Shown here one piece after another: positions 1 to 13,338 of a stretch of DNA of 64,000 nucleotides. The stretch comes from Callorhinchus milii (lineage: Eukaryota). Position 1 is the first letter of the stretch, and each line of letters opens with the position of its first letter. The notes below the pieces were generated by a model. It made no database searches, was not told the origin of the DNA, and worked only from the letters and a program-made list of their open reading frames with translations. The position numbers and the translations under genes were made by a program. Location of the stretch: assembly GCF_018977255.1 (NCBI RefSeq), contig NW_024704742.1, forward strand, positions 115,632,001 to 115,696,000. Reading direction: 5' to 3'.

Positions 1-245
1 TAAATCTGGACCCAGGTGGAATTTCTCTCCCATTGTGCTTTGACTCTATATAAGAATTGCAGTTCAGCTTCGAGATCTTATACAGAAACTGGTGATGTGG
101 GGACAGGGTCTGGGGTGAATAAAGAGAGTCTACACTCACTGCTCAGATATGAATTCAAATTCTGTCTAGACACGTGAACCGGGATAGTCTTTTCTCTATA
201 CCCTTTCAGTAGAGGGGGGAGAGTTTCATACCAATGACTATAAGA

Positions 246-499
246 CAGATTGACCATAAATCCCCGATTTTCAGGGCTAGTCCTGGGATGACTTGTTGTG
301 TCCCTGACCAAATTTGCCCCGTCTTGAGTTCAGCAATAAACTGAGTAAGAATAATAAATCCTAAAACAGATACACTCATCAGAGAATTAAGTCATTAATC
401 CAACAAGCTTCTCCAGTATTGCCAGCATCAGGAATTGTGGTGAGTTCAATTTATTTTATGTGTGTTTCCGGATTTGGTTTACAAAATATGGTCACCCTT
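246..499. mobile_element. Non-autonomous hAT (Blackjack-like) MITE
   Basis: Right end TATGGTCACCCT with a degenerate left counterpart AGATTGACCATA; (T)AGGGTGACCA termini are typical of hAT-Blackjack. An inverted partial second copy lies at 16079-16210. Confidence 0.55.
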
Positions 500-552
500 C
501 CTACCTAATGGTCTGTTTCTGTGCAGTATCACTATATCTAACTACCGTATAT

Positions 553-905
553 GTAATAATAATAATAATTCTGGCATTTGATATAGCACCTTATTACGTC
601 TGCGAGAGGTCTCAAAGCGCTTCCTACAATATAATGTAAAGTGAATTGGCTGCATATTATCTGGGCGCACACGGCAGCCAATTGTGCACTGCAGTGTCCC
701 TTAAACAGTCATAGATTGAGTGATCAATTTTTTTTTGAAGGGATTATTACCCATGGAAAAGCAATCCGCCAATCGACTATCAACAAGGTTTCTACTTACT
801 ACTAGGTAAACAGAGGTGTTGGAGTAAGGAAGCTTGCCCAACGCTTTGCCCTGCCCTGAATTCAAACCCAGGTCCTCTGCCATGTGTCTGCCCATTTTAC
901 CATTC
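553..905 (-). mobile_element. tRNA-derived SINE, long-insert variant (older)
   Basis: (AAT)n tail at left, L2-type tail hairpin, extra internal segment shared with 31447-31810 and 55870-56175, degenerate tRNA head. Confidence 0.8.
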
Positions 906-907
906 TA

Positions 908-1222
908 TAATAATAATAATAATCCTTGCATTTGTTATAGCGCTTTTCAATCTTCTAGATGTCCCAAAGCGCTTCACAGAATATACTGTAAAGTGAATTG
1001 ACTGTATATTTGTGGGCAAACGTGGCAGCCAATTGCACACAGTAATGTTCCACAAATAGTCGTAGATTGAAAATGACCAATTTATTATTGTTTTGTTTTG
1101 GAGGGATTATTATTAGGCGTGTGGAGTAAGGAAACTTGCCCAAGGTTTCGCCCTGCCTGGAATTGAACTCAGGTCTCTCACTTGCAAAGCGAGTGCTCTA
1201 ACCACTGAGCTACAGGACTCCA
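908..1222 (-). mobile_element. Young tRNA-Ala-derived SINE (full length)
   Basis: Head TGGAGTCCTGTAGCTCAGTGGTTAGAGCAC with A and B boxes, Deu-like 3' body, (ATT)n tail; near-identical to many other copies. Confidence 0.93.
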
Positions 1223-2610
1223 GATAGCAGCTTTCGTCTAAGTATATTAAAACCCTGTTATGTGGCAATAAGTGGGTCCATAAAATTCTAGCCAACCTTA
1301 AAATGGGATGCAATCAAGAACAGCCACCACAGCAACAGCATTGTACACACAAGCAGAAAGTCCACCAGCTTCCCACACTAACCAATGGCTGGCTTCCAGG
1401 TTATCAGGTCACAACCAACATCACTTCTCGTGTGCATGCTGTGCGCAAGAAGCTTCCTGCATGTGGATGACATACATGGGAAGTGATGTTAGCAGTGACG
1501 CAACAACCTAGAAATTGGACCTTTCTTAGCACATGGGTAGTCTGACAAAACCAATGGCAGATCTATAGGTCACCCACCTTATAAGAGAACTATTGTTATG
1601 ATGGGGTATCTTACAATGGGATTCTACTGTATTTTGTTTAGAAAAAAGTTGCAAACTTGTGAACTATAAATTGAATTACTCATCCAATACAGGTGATCGC
1701 ATGGAGAGCCATATCAGAAGGTACATTCAGGTACATTTCTAATCTAATACATTAGGAATTGCTAAGATTACACCCCAATATTGCGCAGTTATGCTGTTTG
1801 CAGTGAAAGCTAGAAGAAGAATGCATTGGAGGACAATGCTGACAAGGTCACTGTGCCTGCCACGCCCCATGTTAACAGCTTTTCTTTGCAGTTTGTTCCT
1901 ATAATGAAGAGTTAATCTGTGGCTCCTTTTGCTGTGTTGCCTTTGGGTTGCATAATAGCAGAGATGCAGAAGGGATTGTACTGGCTGTATTGGGAAATCA
2001 GTTTCAATAACATGCCACATAAATAACCTGCAAATTGTCATTAATGTATTGAGATGGAATTGAAGGGGAAATTGTGCAGTAGTGCAGATGAATGCAGGAT
2101 GTTGTAGAGCTATGATTTGATTTGTAACTTTGATCTTTCTCCACATGGGTTTCTAGAAATTGGTTCCTACTATGGTCCTCATGAGAGGAACGAGCAAATA
2201 TGTCACAAACAGAACAAATCACCCTAAAAATATATGAGATTTCATGGGAAAGTAGAATTTAATATCTGGTTGAGAGACTAAAAGTACAAGTGAAATAGAT
2301 GTGAATCCTCGTTGAGTCAATGATACTGGAGGTGGTAGATGCGGAGGTATTCTAACCTCAGCAGTAAGAAAAGTTGAAAATATTGTTAAAATCCTGGTGT
2401 TATTTTACTCTGAATTCTTCCCTTAGATTGAGGATTACGCAGGCTATGTTTCAACCAGACGTCATGAAACACCTGTAACAATAATGTAATAGTCCTTGCA
2501 TTTGATATCGCGCCTTACCACATCAGCAAGATGTCTCACAGCATATTACTGTAAAATGCTGTAGCTGTGTATTTGTAGGTAAACACAGCAGCCAATTTGT
2601 GCACAGCAAT

Positions 2611-2930
2611 GTGGAATCCTGCAGCTCAGTGGTTAGAGCACTCGCCTTGCAAGCGAGACACCTGAGTTCAATTCCAGGCAGGGCAAAACTTTGGCCAAGT
2701 TTCCTTACTCCACACGCCTAATACTAATCTCTCCAAAACAATAATAATAAATTAGTCATTTTCAATCCATGACTGTTTGTGGGACACTGCTGTGCGCAAT
2801 TGGCTGCTGCGTTTGGCCCACAAATATACAGTCAATTCACTTTACAGTATATTCTGTGAAGCACTTTGAGACGTCGAGAAGACATGAAAAGCGCTATATC
2901 AAATGTAAGGATAATTATTATATTATTATT
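2611..2930 (+). mobile_element. tRNA-Ala-derived SINE (full length), abutting an inverted SINE tail at 2480-2610
   Basis: Same head, body and tail as the other copies. Confidence 0.9.
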
Positions 2931-2934
2931 CCAC

Positions 2935-3212
2935 AAACAGTCAATTTTATCTGGGGGAGGGGAAGTAGGTTTGTGCTGGCCAGGATACTAGAAAAAATTA
3001 TCTTCTCATTTCAAATAGTGCCACATGATCTTTAATGTTCACCTGAACAGGCAGACAGGGCCTCGTTTTAACACGCTTCTGAAGGATGGCACATTCAACA
3101 ATACAGTACTCCCCTAACACTGCATTGGAGTGTGAATCCTGACAAGGGGCTTGAACCCACAACTTGCTGAATGTGAGATGAGAGTGCTAACAACTGAGTC
3201 AAGCTGGCACAC
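2935..3212 (-). mobile_element. Ancient DeuSINE (SacSINE1/AmnSINE1-like) fragment
   Basis: Reverse complement matches the Deu-domain blocks seen at 21140-21555, plus a tRNA-like head (CTTGACTCAGTTGTTAGCACTCTC...GGTTGTGGGTTCAAG). Confidence 0.75.
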
Positions 3213-3759
3213 ATTTAAGTCTACAGTATTAAAAATTTATATTTCGAACAGCAAGCATGTTCACAGGCTATTCCGTTCTGACTTATCCTGTGTCATCTTT
3301 GGCATTGAAACACACAAGTTACTATGATTAATTGTATAAACCATTAGTTGTGCATTACTACAAACATTGAGTTGCACAACATAGTTGAAAGTGTTTCACT
3401 TTTGTTTCTGCCTTCTCATTGTGGAATGGAAGCTTCCACCAGTTTAGGCTTTTCATACTATGCACCAGGAGATAACCAAAGATAGAGCTATAAGAGAACC
3501 CTTTAAACAGATCCAGCAGACATGCATCAAAATTATGTGTACATTATTAATTGACATGAACAAGAAGCCTTGGGAAGGGACTGGTGCCTTATGTCATCTT
3601 CTATCCTCAGTCCAAATTATGCTTCTCCTTCAAGAACGATTAACCCTGAGGTTGAATTTCCTATTCATTCATACGCATTTTTAATGCCTTCCATTTGTTG
3701 CATTAAGACTATTAAGACAATATTTTGCTTTTTTTTCTGTACAAAGAACTCATATATCA

Positions 3760-4010
3760 AATCATAGAATCATAGAATATTATAACACAGAGCCATTCAT
3801 CCCATTAAGTATGTGCTGGTATTTTTCTCCAGAAGAGCCATCTAACCAATCTTCCTACTCTTCTTATTTCCCAACCACCTGATTCCCTTATAAATAATTT
3901 ATGGACTGCTTCAGCAACCATGCTTTTGGATGCTTTCTCCCACCCTATCCCTTCTTTGATCCAACTCCACAGCTGGAAACAATACCATACAGCTGGGTGT
4001 TTTAAGGATG
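3760..4010 (-). mobile_element. CR1 LINE 3' end
   Basis: (ATTCTATG)n-type terminal octamer (ATCATAGAATCATAGAAT on +) followed by CR1-like 3' UTR. Confidence 0.6.
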
Positions 4011-4924
4011 TCATGTTTGCCTCCTGTTCTGCAACAGTTTAATATGTAAGTTGTTTTATGAAAGTTTTTATCATTGCTATTTGGAGACAGATAGTCTGAA
4101 AAGGAAGAGACTGCTTTTCACTGGTTTGTGGCATTGAGATTGGTTGCTGGGGTGAAGCATGATTATTATTCATCTACACAAGGCATTTTGAGTAATTAAA
4201 TGGTTAGACGATAATTAAGTTCTAAAGACACAGAGAAAATCTAGAAAATTCATTAGAAAACGTAGGTGAGATATATCGATGAGGTTATCAGCATATGAGC
4301 TATAAAGCTGTTTTAAGGGCAGGCAGCACATGTGAAAGGTTTTAAAAACATAGATTACATATGAAATGATAAGCAGGGCTTCACTGTTGTTATAAAGAGG
4401 GTTTATCTTTCCATTAGTGAAAGGCCTCAGCGCACATTATACCGGAGATCACAGAATAGCAGCCAGTACTGTGGTGATCAGCTCCTGCTCTGAACAGTAG
4501 ACATGCAGCTAGCAGGACTGTGCAAGAGGTTAAACTCTTGCAGAAATGTGCAGTGATGTATTTCAATACTCTTATCATCCTGTACATATATAATGTAGTC
4601 AATGTTATATGATCTGGACAGAAATAAATATTACTGATCGTAAATGACTCAATAATGGCAGGCATTATAGCTATGAATAATTACTGTTCTGGGCTGCAAT
4701 TTGATCTCCTTCAAGCAATAGGGAAGAAAGGAACTGAATTTATTTAAAAAGGGACAGATGAGAGAATGCAAAGAAGTAAAAGTTGAAACAGTTCTTTTTC
4801 AAGAAATGTGGAAAACTGTTTTCCAGATTATGACTGAATCAAAAAAATCTTAAATATTAAAATAAAGTAGTCTTACAGATTAAGGCTTTGGAACTTTACC
4901 TTATCTAAATGTTGCTCATAACTA

Positions 4925-5180
4925 TAGCTAATCCTCTAACATTGGAGATCATCCTGTGAGATCTCCTCCACACTGCCACTAGAGCCATCACAATGACCTT
5001 ATGTCACAGTGACCAGAACTGCATGAGGTACTCAAGGTGAAAGCACTGTATCATTTAACTATGACTTTGGGGGATCGGAACTCAACTGATTTGACAATAT
5101 AGTATGCTTTACTGTTCTCCTTGTTTATCGCTGTCCTACATAATTTTGACATGATGAGCGATGAGTCAACTAACACCCCT
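4925..5180 (-). mobile_element. Old CR1 ORF2 fragment
   Basis: GACCAGAACTGCA...GTACTCAAG encodes LEY.xQFWS on the minus strand, matching the CR1 at 16.7 kb. Confidence 0.6.
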
Positions 5181-6278
5181 CAGTCTCTTTGAGCTTTCCC
5201 TTTACAGGTTCTACAATAACAGCTTGCATTCGTATAGCACCCCTCACACAGCATCTTGGAGCGCTGTCGTATCCATGTCGTATCCTCACACAATTAATCT
5301 GATAAGAAAGATATACATTGTAGTCAATAACTAAGGTCTGCCGATGGATGTGAACCTCCTTCAACTTTAGTATAATGATTGGGCCCAAAGATCAATTCTG
5401 TCCTGTTGTTGGCGAATGTGGAGGGGGCACAGTTCACAGGATACATCAGCTGAATACAATGGGGGTGAGGAGGAGAAGTTCATAGTCATGGCCATCCTTT
5501 AATTATCAACTCAAAATTGTGATAATTCTTAACAGATTTGATGCATGAAATTTCGTGTCCTCACAGAATTACATAGAATATTAGAGCAATGAAACAGGCC
5601 ATTCAGCTCAATTAGCCCATGCCAATGTCTAAACTCTACATTACTCTCCTAATCCCTCCTCTATTCTTTCCTTCCTTTATAATCTCTGCATTTGATCCTT
5701 GTATTTGGTATAATGCCTTTCACACTGCTTCACAGATTTATTGTATTGTGTAGTGACTGGGTATTTACTAGGCAAACATGGCAGCAAATTTGCTCACAAG
5801 AATATCCCGCAAACAGTGCTGAAAATCCCTTCTCTTTTTGAGTAGTGCCATGGGATCTGCTCCTGGTTGTCTTATATTTATGCCCCCTCATTTTGGACTT
5901 ACCATCAACTGTGGAAAATTCTTTAATGATTTAATTTGGAAGCCAACTCATTTTAAGAAATGCCGGGAAGCAGCATGTCAACTGAAGCTGAGCTAAGAAT
6001 TTTACAAGTTTTACCTGATCTTACATTTTAACAAAAGAATATCTTACAGGTTAAGGCTAGGCAGAATTTCAAGCCTTTGTTGTTCATCAGGTTCGTTAAG
6101 AAAGATCCCCATTTTGATTCCGTTACAAAAACTAAGGGTTAAATACGTGACTTAAAGGCAGTAATCTCTTCCTGAGGTGGTGGTAAATGTTCTAGACTAC
6201 AGTGGAGGTTATCAACAATTTTGTGTTGTTCAGTATCAAACTCTAGACCACATGATATGAATCCCAGTGATGAACACA

Positions 6279-6820
6279 GAACAACAACAAAATTACATTT
6301 GTATAGCGCCTTTCACGTCGGGAGGACATCCCAAGGCGCTGGACAGACAGCATTTTGAACCTGAGCTGGGGGTCGGGGAGGGTGGAGGGCAGGGGGGGAA
6401 GCAGGAAGATCGAAAGCCGAAGAGGATGGACTTGAGATGGGTCTTGAAGGTGGCAAGGGAGGGGGCGTGGCGGAGGGACTGTGGGATGGAGTTCCAGAGG
6501 GTGGTGGCAGAAGGTCCGCCCGCCAATAGTGGGGCAAGCGAGGCGGGGGACATGAAGCAGGCCGGAGCCCGCTGAGCGGAGAGAGCAAGCAGAATGGTAG
6601 GGGGTTAGGAGGACGCAGAGATAGGGGGGAGTAAGACCATGGAGAGCTTTGAAGGTGAGGACCAGGATCTTGAACTGTCTCCTCTGTGTGATGGGAACCC
6701 AGTGGAGTCGGGCGTGGATGGGGGTGATAGGGTCGCGGACCTGATGCAGGAGAGGACACAGGTTGCAGAGTTCTGGATGATCTGCAGCCTATGAAGGAAG
6801 GAGTTGGGGAGGTCGACTAA
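6279..6820 (-). mobile_element. L2 LINE 3' fragment
   Basis: (TTG)n tail and tail hairpin; ORF2 C-terminal motif LWNSIPQSLR...FKTHLK. Confidence 0.9.
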
Positions 6821-9454
6821 ATGTTAGCTGTATGTATACAATAATAATCCTTACTTTTGGTAAGTGCCTCCCAAGTCAGAAGGATATCTCAAAGGGCTTC
6901 ACAGAATACATTGTAAATAATAATAATAATCCTTGCATTTGATATAGCGCTTTTCACATCGTTGAGATGTCTCAAAACACTTCACTGAATATATTGTAAA
7001 GTAGATTGACTGTATTTTTCGGGTGAAATGTGGCAGCCAATTGCGGACAGCACTGTTGCACAAACAGTCATGCATTGATTGAGTGACCAGATTTTATTCT
7101 AGGGATTGTTGACTATGACACTGGGAGGAATGACACTCCCTTCTCTTTTCAAATAGTCCATGGGATTATTACATTCACTATATTGTATTCATTGTATGAG
7201 AAAACAATGGTCTATATCTGTGCATGTGTGGATATGAACATCTTTGGCTGGATGTGTATATGTTTTGTGCATATGATTCATATAAAAGTTTTGTCAGTGG
7301 AACGCTGAACTTAATAACCAAATAAGTAATAAATAAATACATTCTTATACCAACAGTGAATTGTTATTTAATAATAATCCTTGAAAACATGATGGTCAAC
7401 AGATGGCAGCACTGTAGACAAATTGTAATCATAGTGACTGACCCCTGCCATTTGTTTTTAAATAGAGTTAGATATATACAAAATATTGTTTTCTGGTCCA
7501 ACTAATATGTTGGCGATTGGTAATATGAGCAATAAAAACAAATAATCTTTAAAAGTATAAATCTGATGAGGTAAGGAAATTACGCATATCATGTTCATTC
7601 AAGATCGAGCCCTTCAGGTGCCTGTGAAGGTCACCTGTAATCTCGTCCTTGATGTTGAGGACAATGTGTATTGGAAATTATGAACAAAAAACAGCATGAA
7701 AAAAAATAAAGGTGAGCACTCAAAGTGAAAATGTATGGTTTCTGACCTTAAATAATGGTAATACAAGTATGTCAAGCTTTTCCCTGATGTTTCCTATCAA
7801 GTATATTTTTATTAAGACACACATCTCTAAAGTGTGCAGTGCAGAGAGATAATATACAATCTATGATTGTTTTAGCATTGACATTCATTGATGTTGTTAT
7901 GTAACACTTTTTGGTTTAAAATCTTGATCACGGTTCCACCACCGAAACTGAGTTGCCTTCAGTGCTTTCAGAATCAAAGAGCCACTGTATTATTGAAGGA
8001 GCTTGGCTCTTGCTGCCAGTAGAATTCTGAACTTAACAGGGAACAACAGAGAACTAGCTGGGTATTGTTGGCAATTCAATAACTGAGAGGCACCAGGGGT
8101 AACTTCAAATTGAATTTGCCAGAAAAGCAACTTTTACACAACTTGCTCAAGACCAGATACTCTGAGGCACTTAGTCTTCTCAGAAAAAATGAACGTCATT
8201 GCCATTTTACCAGCTCTGAATGTTTGGGGGAGAGCTGCAGATGTTATCGTTGTGGCATCATACAGCTGTATGAAGAGCCTCTGATGTACTCTTTGGCTGC
8301 TGACACTGAGCCAGCCAAGCCACACAAGAAACGTCTAGTGTTCTCATTACATCAACGTTCCGGGAAATCTAGGAAGAGAGAACCTTAAATGAAGGAACAT
8401 AAGATCCACATTAGACCAGAAAAGGCAGAGAACTGCATTTGATTTTTTTAACCCAGTAAATGTTAGAATTCCAATTTCTGTAAAAATGTCCATTTTGGTC
8501 ATCTCAGTGATAAGTCAAAATGGAAAGAATACTTCTGTGCTAATCTATGTTTGTACATCGCCATCATTTAATATAGGAGTCTAATTTTCACTCTTTCTTA
8601 ACAAGATTCCTTAATAAAGAATCAGAGTTGCTCAAATGGATGGCCAGAAGTGCATCATATCAACCTGCAGAAATTCTGTCCAATGCATTTCCAAAGTAAT
8701 TCAACAGGAATTTTAATGAAATATTTTAGTGCAGCCATCCTCCCCCTCCTCCTTTGCTTGGGATCTAACCCCATCTTTCTGAAGCGCTCTGAGACGTTAT
8801 CCTACCTGAGAGATGCTACAGCAAGGTTTGCTGTGGTAAGGAATTGCAACAGTACTATAAATACTGCAAACTGCATGTTTGAAGAGAGTAGAATGGAGAA
8901 GAAATGTTAGCACTATTCGTTGGTATATGTAATACCAATTGGTATTATAGTTAGTACTGGTTGCGTGTTAAAATGCAGTCACTACACGTTTGAGATGTTC
9001 TCCTGACATGGAAAACAGTATATCTATTATTTATTTGTTTTGCTTATTTTGAAGGACTTCACCAGCACAAAGACATTGTTGTGACCCTTAAACTAATCTT
9101 CAGAACAATTTTTATTTCACTGGTGTAAGCATTGAACTGAGTTTGATTAGTATATTTAAATAAATACTGAATACTTCATTGGCCTGGACATTGACATTTT
9201 TTGTTACGATTCGGGCTTGGTTTTAACCATTTGTAACCAGAATGCACTGTCCTCTTCTCAATAAGCACCTTTTGCTGTTTTTATTGTTCTTAACCAAAGA
9301 AAGATTATCTGAGCATAAGTGAAATATCAATTTTCAAAAAAACAAACGGTCCTCAGCACCACTCCCTGTGGCACAAATATCTCAAGAGAACAGCTGCTAA
9401 GAAAATGAACGAGAACTGTCTTGCCTGTCAGTGCCACTGCTGTCCATTTAAGGC

Positions 9455-9660
9455 AACAACTACAACAAAATTACATTTGTATAGTGCCTTTCTCGTCGGG
9501 AGGATGTCCCAAGGCGCTGGACAGTCAGTGTTTTGGACCCGAGCTGGGGGTCTGGATCGGGGAGGGTGGAGGGCAAGGGGGAGAAGGAGGGTGATCGAAG
9601 GCATGGTCGAAGAGGAGGGTCTTGAAACGGGTCTTGAAGGAGGCAAGGGATGGGGCGAGG
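9455..9660 (-). mobile_element. L2 3' tail fragment
   Basis: Same 3' UTR and hairpin as 6279-6820. Confidence 0.85.
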
Positions 9661-10589
9661 AAATATAGGCTTTACAGTAAATCTTGTGAAACAACTTGAG
9701 ACATCTTCCTGATGTGAAAGGTGTTTTCACAAATGTAAGGATTGTTATTTGTTAAATTTTATTTGAACACCTTACAGGATGTAACTTTTATTGATCATTT
9801 GTGATCAAGTCTGGCAGAGCCTTCTATGTCACAATCTGAGCAGTGTTTATTTTTAAAAGTGACATTAAATTAAAAGGTCACATTTTTAAACCTATTGAGT
9901 GACACTTGGCAGACCCAGGCAAAGGATATGGGATCTAACATGTGTTCTTTGCTAGCACGAGTGTATTTTACATCCCGTCCTTATATAGGAACACGAGCAT
10001 AGAAATAAGCTGCACGACCTGTTGAGCCTGCTTAATTTCTCATTATAAGCATAAACTGAAACTTTGCTAGCAATAACAAATATTGCATTCTATTTAAACC
10101 TCAAAGTGTTGTATACAACTACTCTCTATTGTCTCTACCCTGCTATTCTGTCTTTTGGTAAGCTGGTGCAAAATCGAGCAACAGTGCTCTTTTCTACTGT
10201 GTTCTCAGTCTAAGTCTTCTGTGATGCATTTGTATTAAGATTATGGTTTGACAAAGATAGAGTGACATAGCATGTGAGAATCTTTGAGAAACAGTCATCT
10301 TCTAAGTGGCTGGAACAGGTTTCAGCTTTAAACATTTGTAAAACAAAAATAATTTTATAAAGGACAGTTATTTAATTCTAAAAAAAATTCAAAGAACACT
10401 TCTTATTTTGTGTAAAATTTAAGTTGGCAGAAACAAATTATTTTCCTATTGCAAGAAAAAAGACATACTGGTTAATCTGACAAGACAATTTGTACTCAAT
10501 CACTTGATCTCATTCTGCCACTAAACCACTTCTTTAAAGGGTGTGTTTTCATATCGTGCAGTTGGGCACAAAGGCGTTGCCAAGTATAC

Positions 10590-10735
10590 TCAATTCCCTC
10601 CTTTTCCGCCCCTGCCCTCCACACTCCCCGATCCCAATCCTCCAGATCAGGTCTAAAACGATGATTGTCCAGCACCTTGGGACCTCCTCCTGACATGAAA
10701 GGCGCTATACAAATATAACATTGTTGTTGTTGTTC
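10590..10735 (+). mobile_element. L2 3' tail fragment
   Basis: GTCCAGCACCTTGGGACCTCCTCCTGACATGAAAGGCGCT followed by (TTG)n. Confidence 0.8.
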
Positions 10736-11008
10736 AAGATTCTATTCAACATGAACTTGGCAGTCAGTATCAATGGAGTATTGAAAGAAGAAGTGAACAG
10801 CTGTGTCCTTAGAAATGAAGGTCATAGACAGGCTTTGCACTGGAGCGGTGGTAATATTTGGATCTGGACTCTAGTGCTCTGTTATGTTTTCCTGGAACTC
10901 AAAACAGATGTTGAAATTAATACATTTTGTTTTGCTTCTATGAACCAACTACCAACATTTTATTTCATAACTACCTTTTGTGTTGAAGTTAATTTTGACT
11001 TGAGGAGT

Positions 11009-11046
<38 letters not shown>

Positions 11047-11385
11047 TGACAACAACAATAATAATAATAATAATAATCCTTGCATTTGATATAGCGCCTT
11101 TCACGTCGGGAGGACGTACCAAAGCGCTTCACAGAACACACTGTAAAGTGAATTGACTGTATATTTGTGGGTGAACACGGCAGTCAATTGCGCACAGCAA
11201 TGTCCCACAAACAGTCGTGGATTGAAAATGACCAATTTATTATTATTTTTTTTTTGGTTTTGGAGGGATTATTATTAGGCTGTGTGGAGTAAGGAAACTT
11301 ACCCAAGGTTTCGCCCTGCCTGGATTTGAACTCAGGTCTCTCACTTGCAAAGCGAGTGCTCTAACCACTGAGCTACAGGACTCCA
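11009..11385 (-). mobile_element. Young tRNA-Ala SINE with expanded (AAT/AAC)n tail
   Basis: Full-length copy with a ~70 bp microsatellite tail at 11009-11077. Confidence 0.93.
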
Positions 11386-12921
11386 CTATCTCCTGTGGGG
11401 AAATTGCTCCAAGTTTAGTGATATGAGGATACGTTACAAAAGTATGCATAATCTATTATAATTGTAATATTTAGCAGCCCTGTAATAAATATATTTCAGG
11501 ATTATTAATAACACTTATATTTTATCACAATAAAAGTCACTATATCAAGATGCAGTTCATTTGCACATACTATCTGTTTCATTGTCATATGTAGACCCTG
11601 TACTTAAGGTCCCTTATTTCATTATATTTTATATAATAATTTCTGCAACAATTATAATAATAATGATAATGATCCTTGCATTTGATATAGTGCCTTATCA
11701 CGTCATTGAGATGTCTCAAAGTGCTTCCCAGGATATACTGTGAAGGGAAATGACTGTCTATTTTGTGGGTGAATTATATGACATTTAATTTTGTAATAAT
11801 GATTCATTAGACCAACACTTTAGATAGCAGGAGTTAACCCAAGATTCAAATCTTTTTTGTTAATGGAATGCATTATACACTGATATTTTCATAAAGACAC
11901 AGTGCAGAGATTGCTATTTCTACGAATCAGCGTATGTCAGATACCACCTCTCTCCAATGTCTTCCCTCTACCAAATGTGACCAGGTCAGGTTCATCAAGA
12001 ACACTAACAACATTTACTCAATGGCATTTCAAAAGTGGAAAACACAAGTCTATAAATTATTCAACATTTGGTGTCAGCTTGGCCTAGTTTGTAGAACTCT
12101 CACCTCTGAGTCAGAAGGTTATGAGTTCAAGCCCCAAATTAAATCTTTGAACTCACATAGTCACTACACTTTACATTAAATCCTGTGAAGTACTCCCAAC
12201 ATAGGAGGCACAAATCAAATGCAAGAATTATTATTATTATCATCATCATTTTTGATCAACCATTAGGCCTATTCTAACTGTATTTTTAAAAATTGTTAAC
12301 ATAACCTAACTAGTTCCAAAGAAGGTTTCTGTCCAAATCTTTCCAGACTGTTCAATATGTCAAGCAATATGTGATACAGGGTATTTTGTTTAGTCTTGAA
12401 GAATTTTCTCTTTCTTTTCCATTATCCCATCAAAAGCAATTCACAGTAAACCCAGGCTAAATACTTCAAAGGGAATCAAGAAAGTAAAACCAGAGAACCT
12501 ATTACAAATCAGTAAAGCTTTACGACAGATAACAAGATGGCTGGAATAATCCATCAAACAAGCTAATACAGGCAAAAATATTGAGGTTATTCAAAATGCA
12601 AAAATAATTTAGAAAGCATAATGGGCAACTAATATTTATAAAGTCTAAGATTTTCTGGGTTTAGATGAACAGGAGAGTGCAGAATGGAGAGAGTACACAA
12701 TGAAGATAAGGGCAAATTGCCAGTCATATGTACAGTCAGTCTGGTTTGCATACTCTTAAGCATGGTGATGTGTTTCCTCTGATGTCAGAGCATGTGCATC
12801 GGTATTCTGTCCTTAAACAAGTTACCAGATGGAAAAACATTTTAAAGAAAGAATGTACACATTTGAAAATGCAAAATTAATCTGTGCTGCATCAAACCTG
12901 TCTATATTTATTATTTATCTG

Positions 12922-13150
12922 TCTGGAACTCCACCCGCAGTCCCTCTGCCTTTTCCCCTCCCTTGCCTCCTTCAAGACCCATCTCAAGATCTCCTCTTCA
13001 ACAGTGTTTTCGATCACCCTACTTCCCCCCCGCCCTCCACCCTCCCCAATCCCGACCCCCAGCTCGGTCCGAAACTCTGACTGTCCAGCACCTTGGGACA
13101 TCCTTCCGACATGAAAGGCGCTTTACAAATGTAATTTTGTTGTTGTTGTT
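12922..13150 (+). mobile_element. L2 3' fragment
   Basis: SLASFKTHLK motif, hairpin, (TTG)n tail. Confidence 0.88.
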
Positions 13151-13158
13151 TCACTTTG

Positions 13159-13338
13159 TGGAGTCCCGTAGCTCAGTGGTTAGAGCACTCGCTTTGCAAG
13201 CGAGAGACCTGAGTTCAATTCCAGGCAGAGGGCGAAACCTTGGGTAAGTTTCCTTACTCCACACGCCTAATAATAATCCCTCCAAAACCAAAAACAATAA
13301 TAAATTGGTCATTTTCAATCTACGACTGTTTGTGGGAA
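13159..13338 (+). mobile_element. tRNA-Ala SINE, 3'-truncated, joined to a second L2-type tail (13340-13428)
   Basis: Intact head; body stops at CTGTTTGTGGGA. Confidence 0.85.

Noticed and set aside
955..1313. Recurrent ORFs such as MGKFPYST... and MESCSSVVRALAL...
   Set aside because: Translations of SINE copies, not a gene family.
1739..2222. 135-aa and 72-aa minus ORFs
   Set aside because: No recognisable domain or convincing splice context; possibly an old TE relic, but I cannot support a call.
7950..8390. Possible exon after the minus-strand acceptor TTCTCTCTTCCTAG
   Set aside because: All frames stop early and no homology recognised; at most a non-coding or terminal exon.
10721..11089. 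122-aa ORF with poly-Asn
   Set aside because: The poly-N is the SINE (AAT)n tail.
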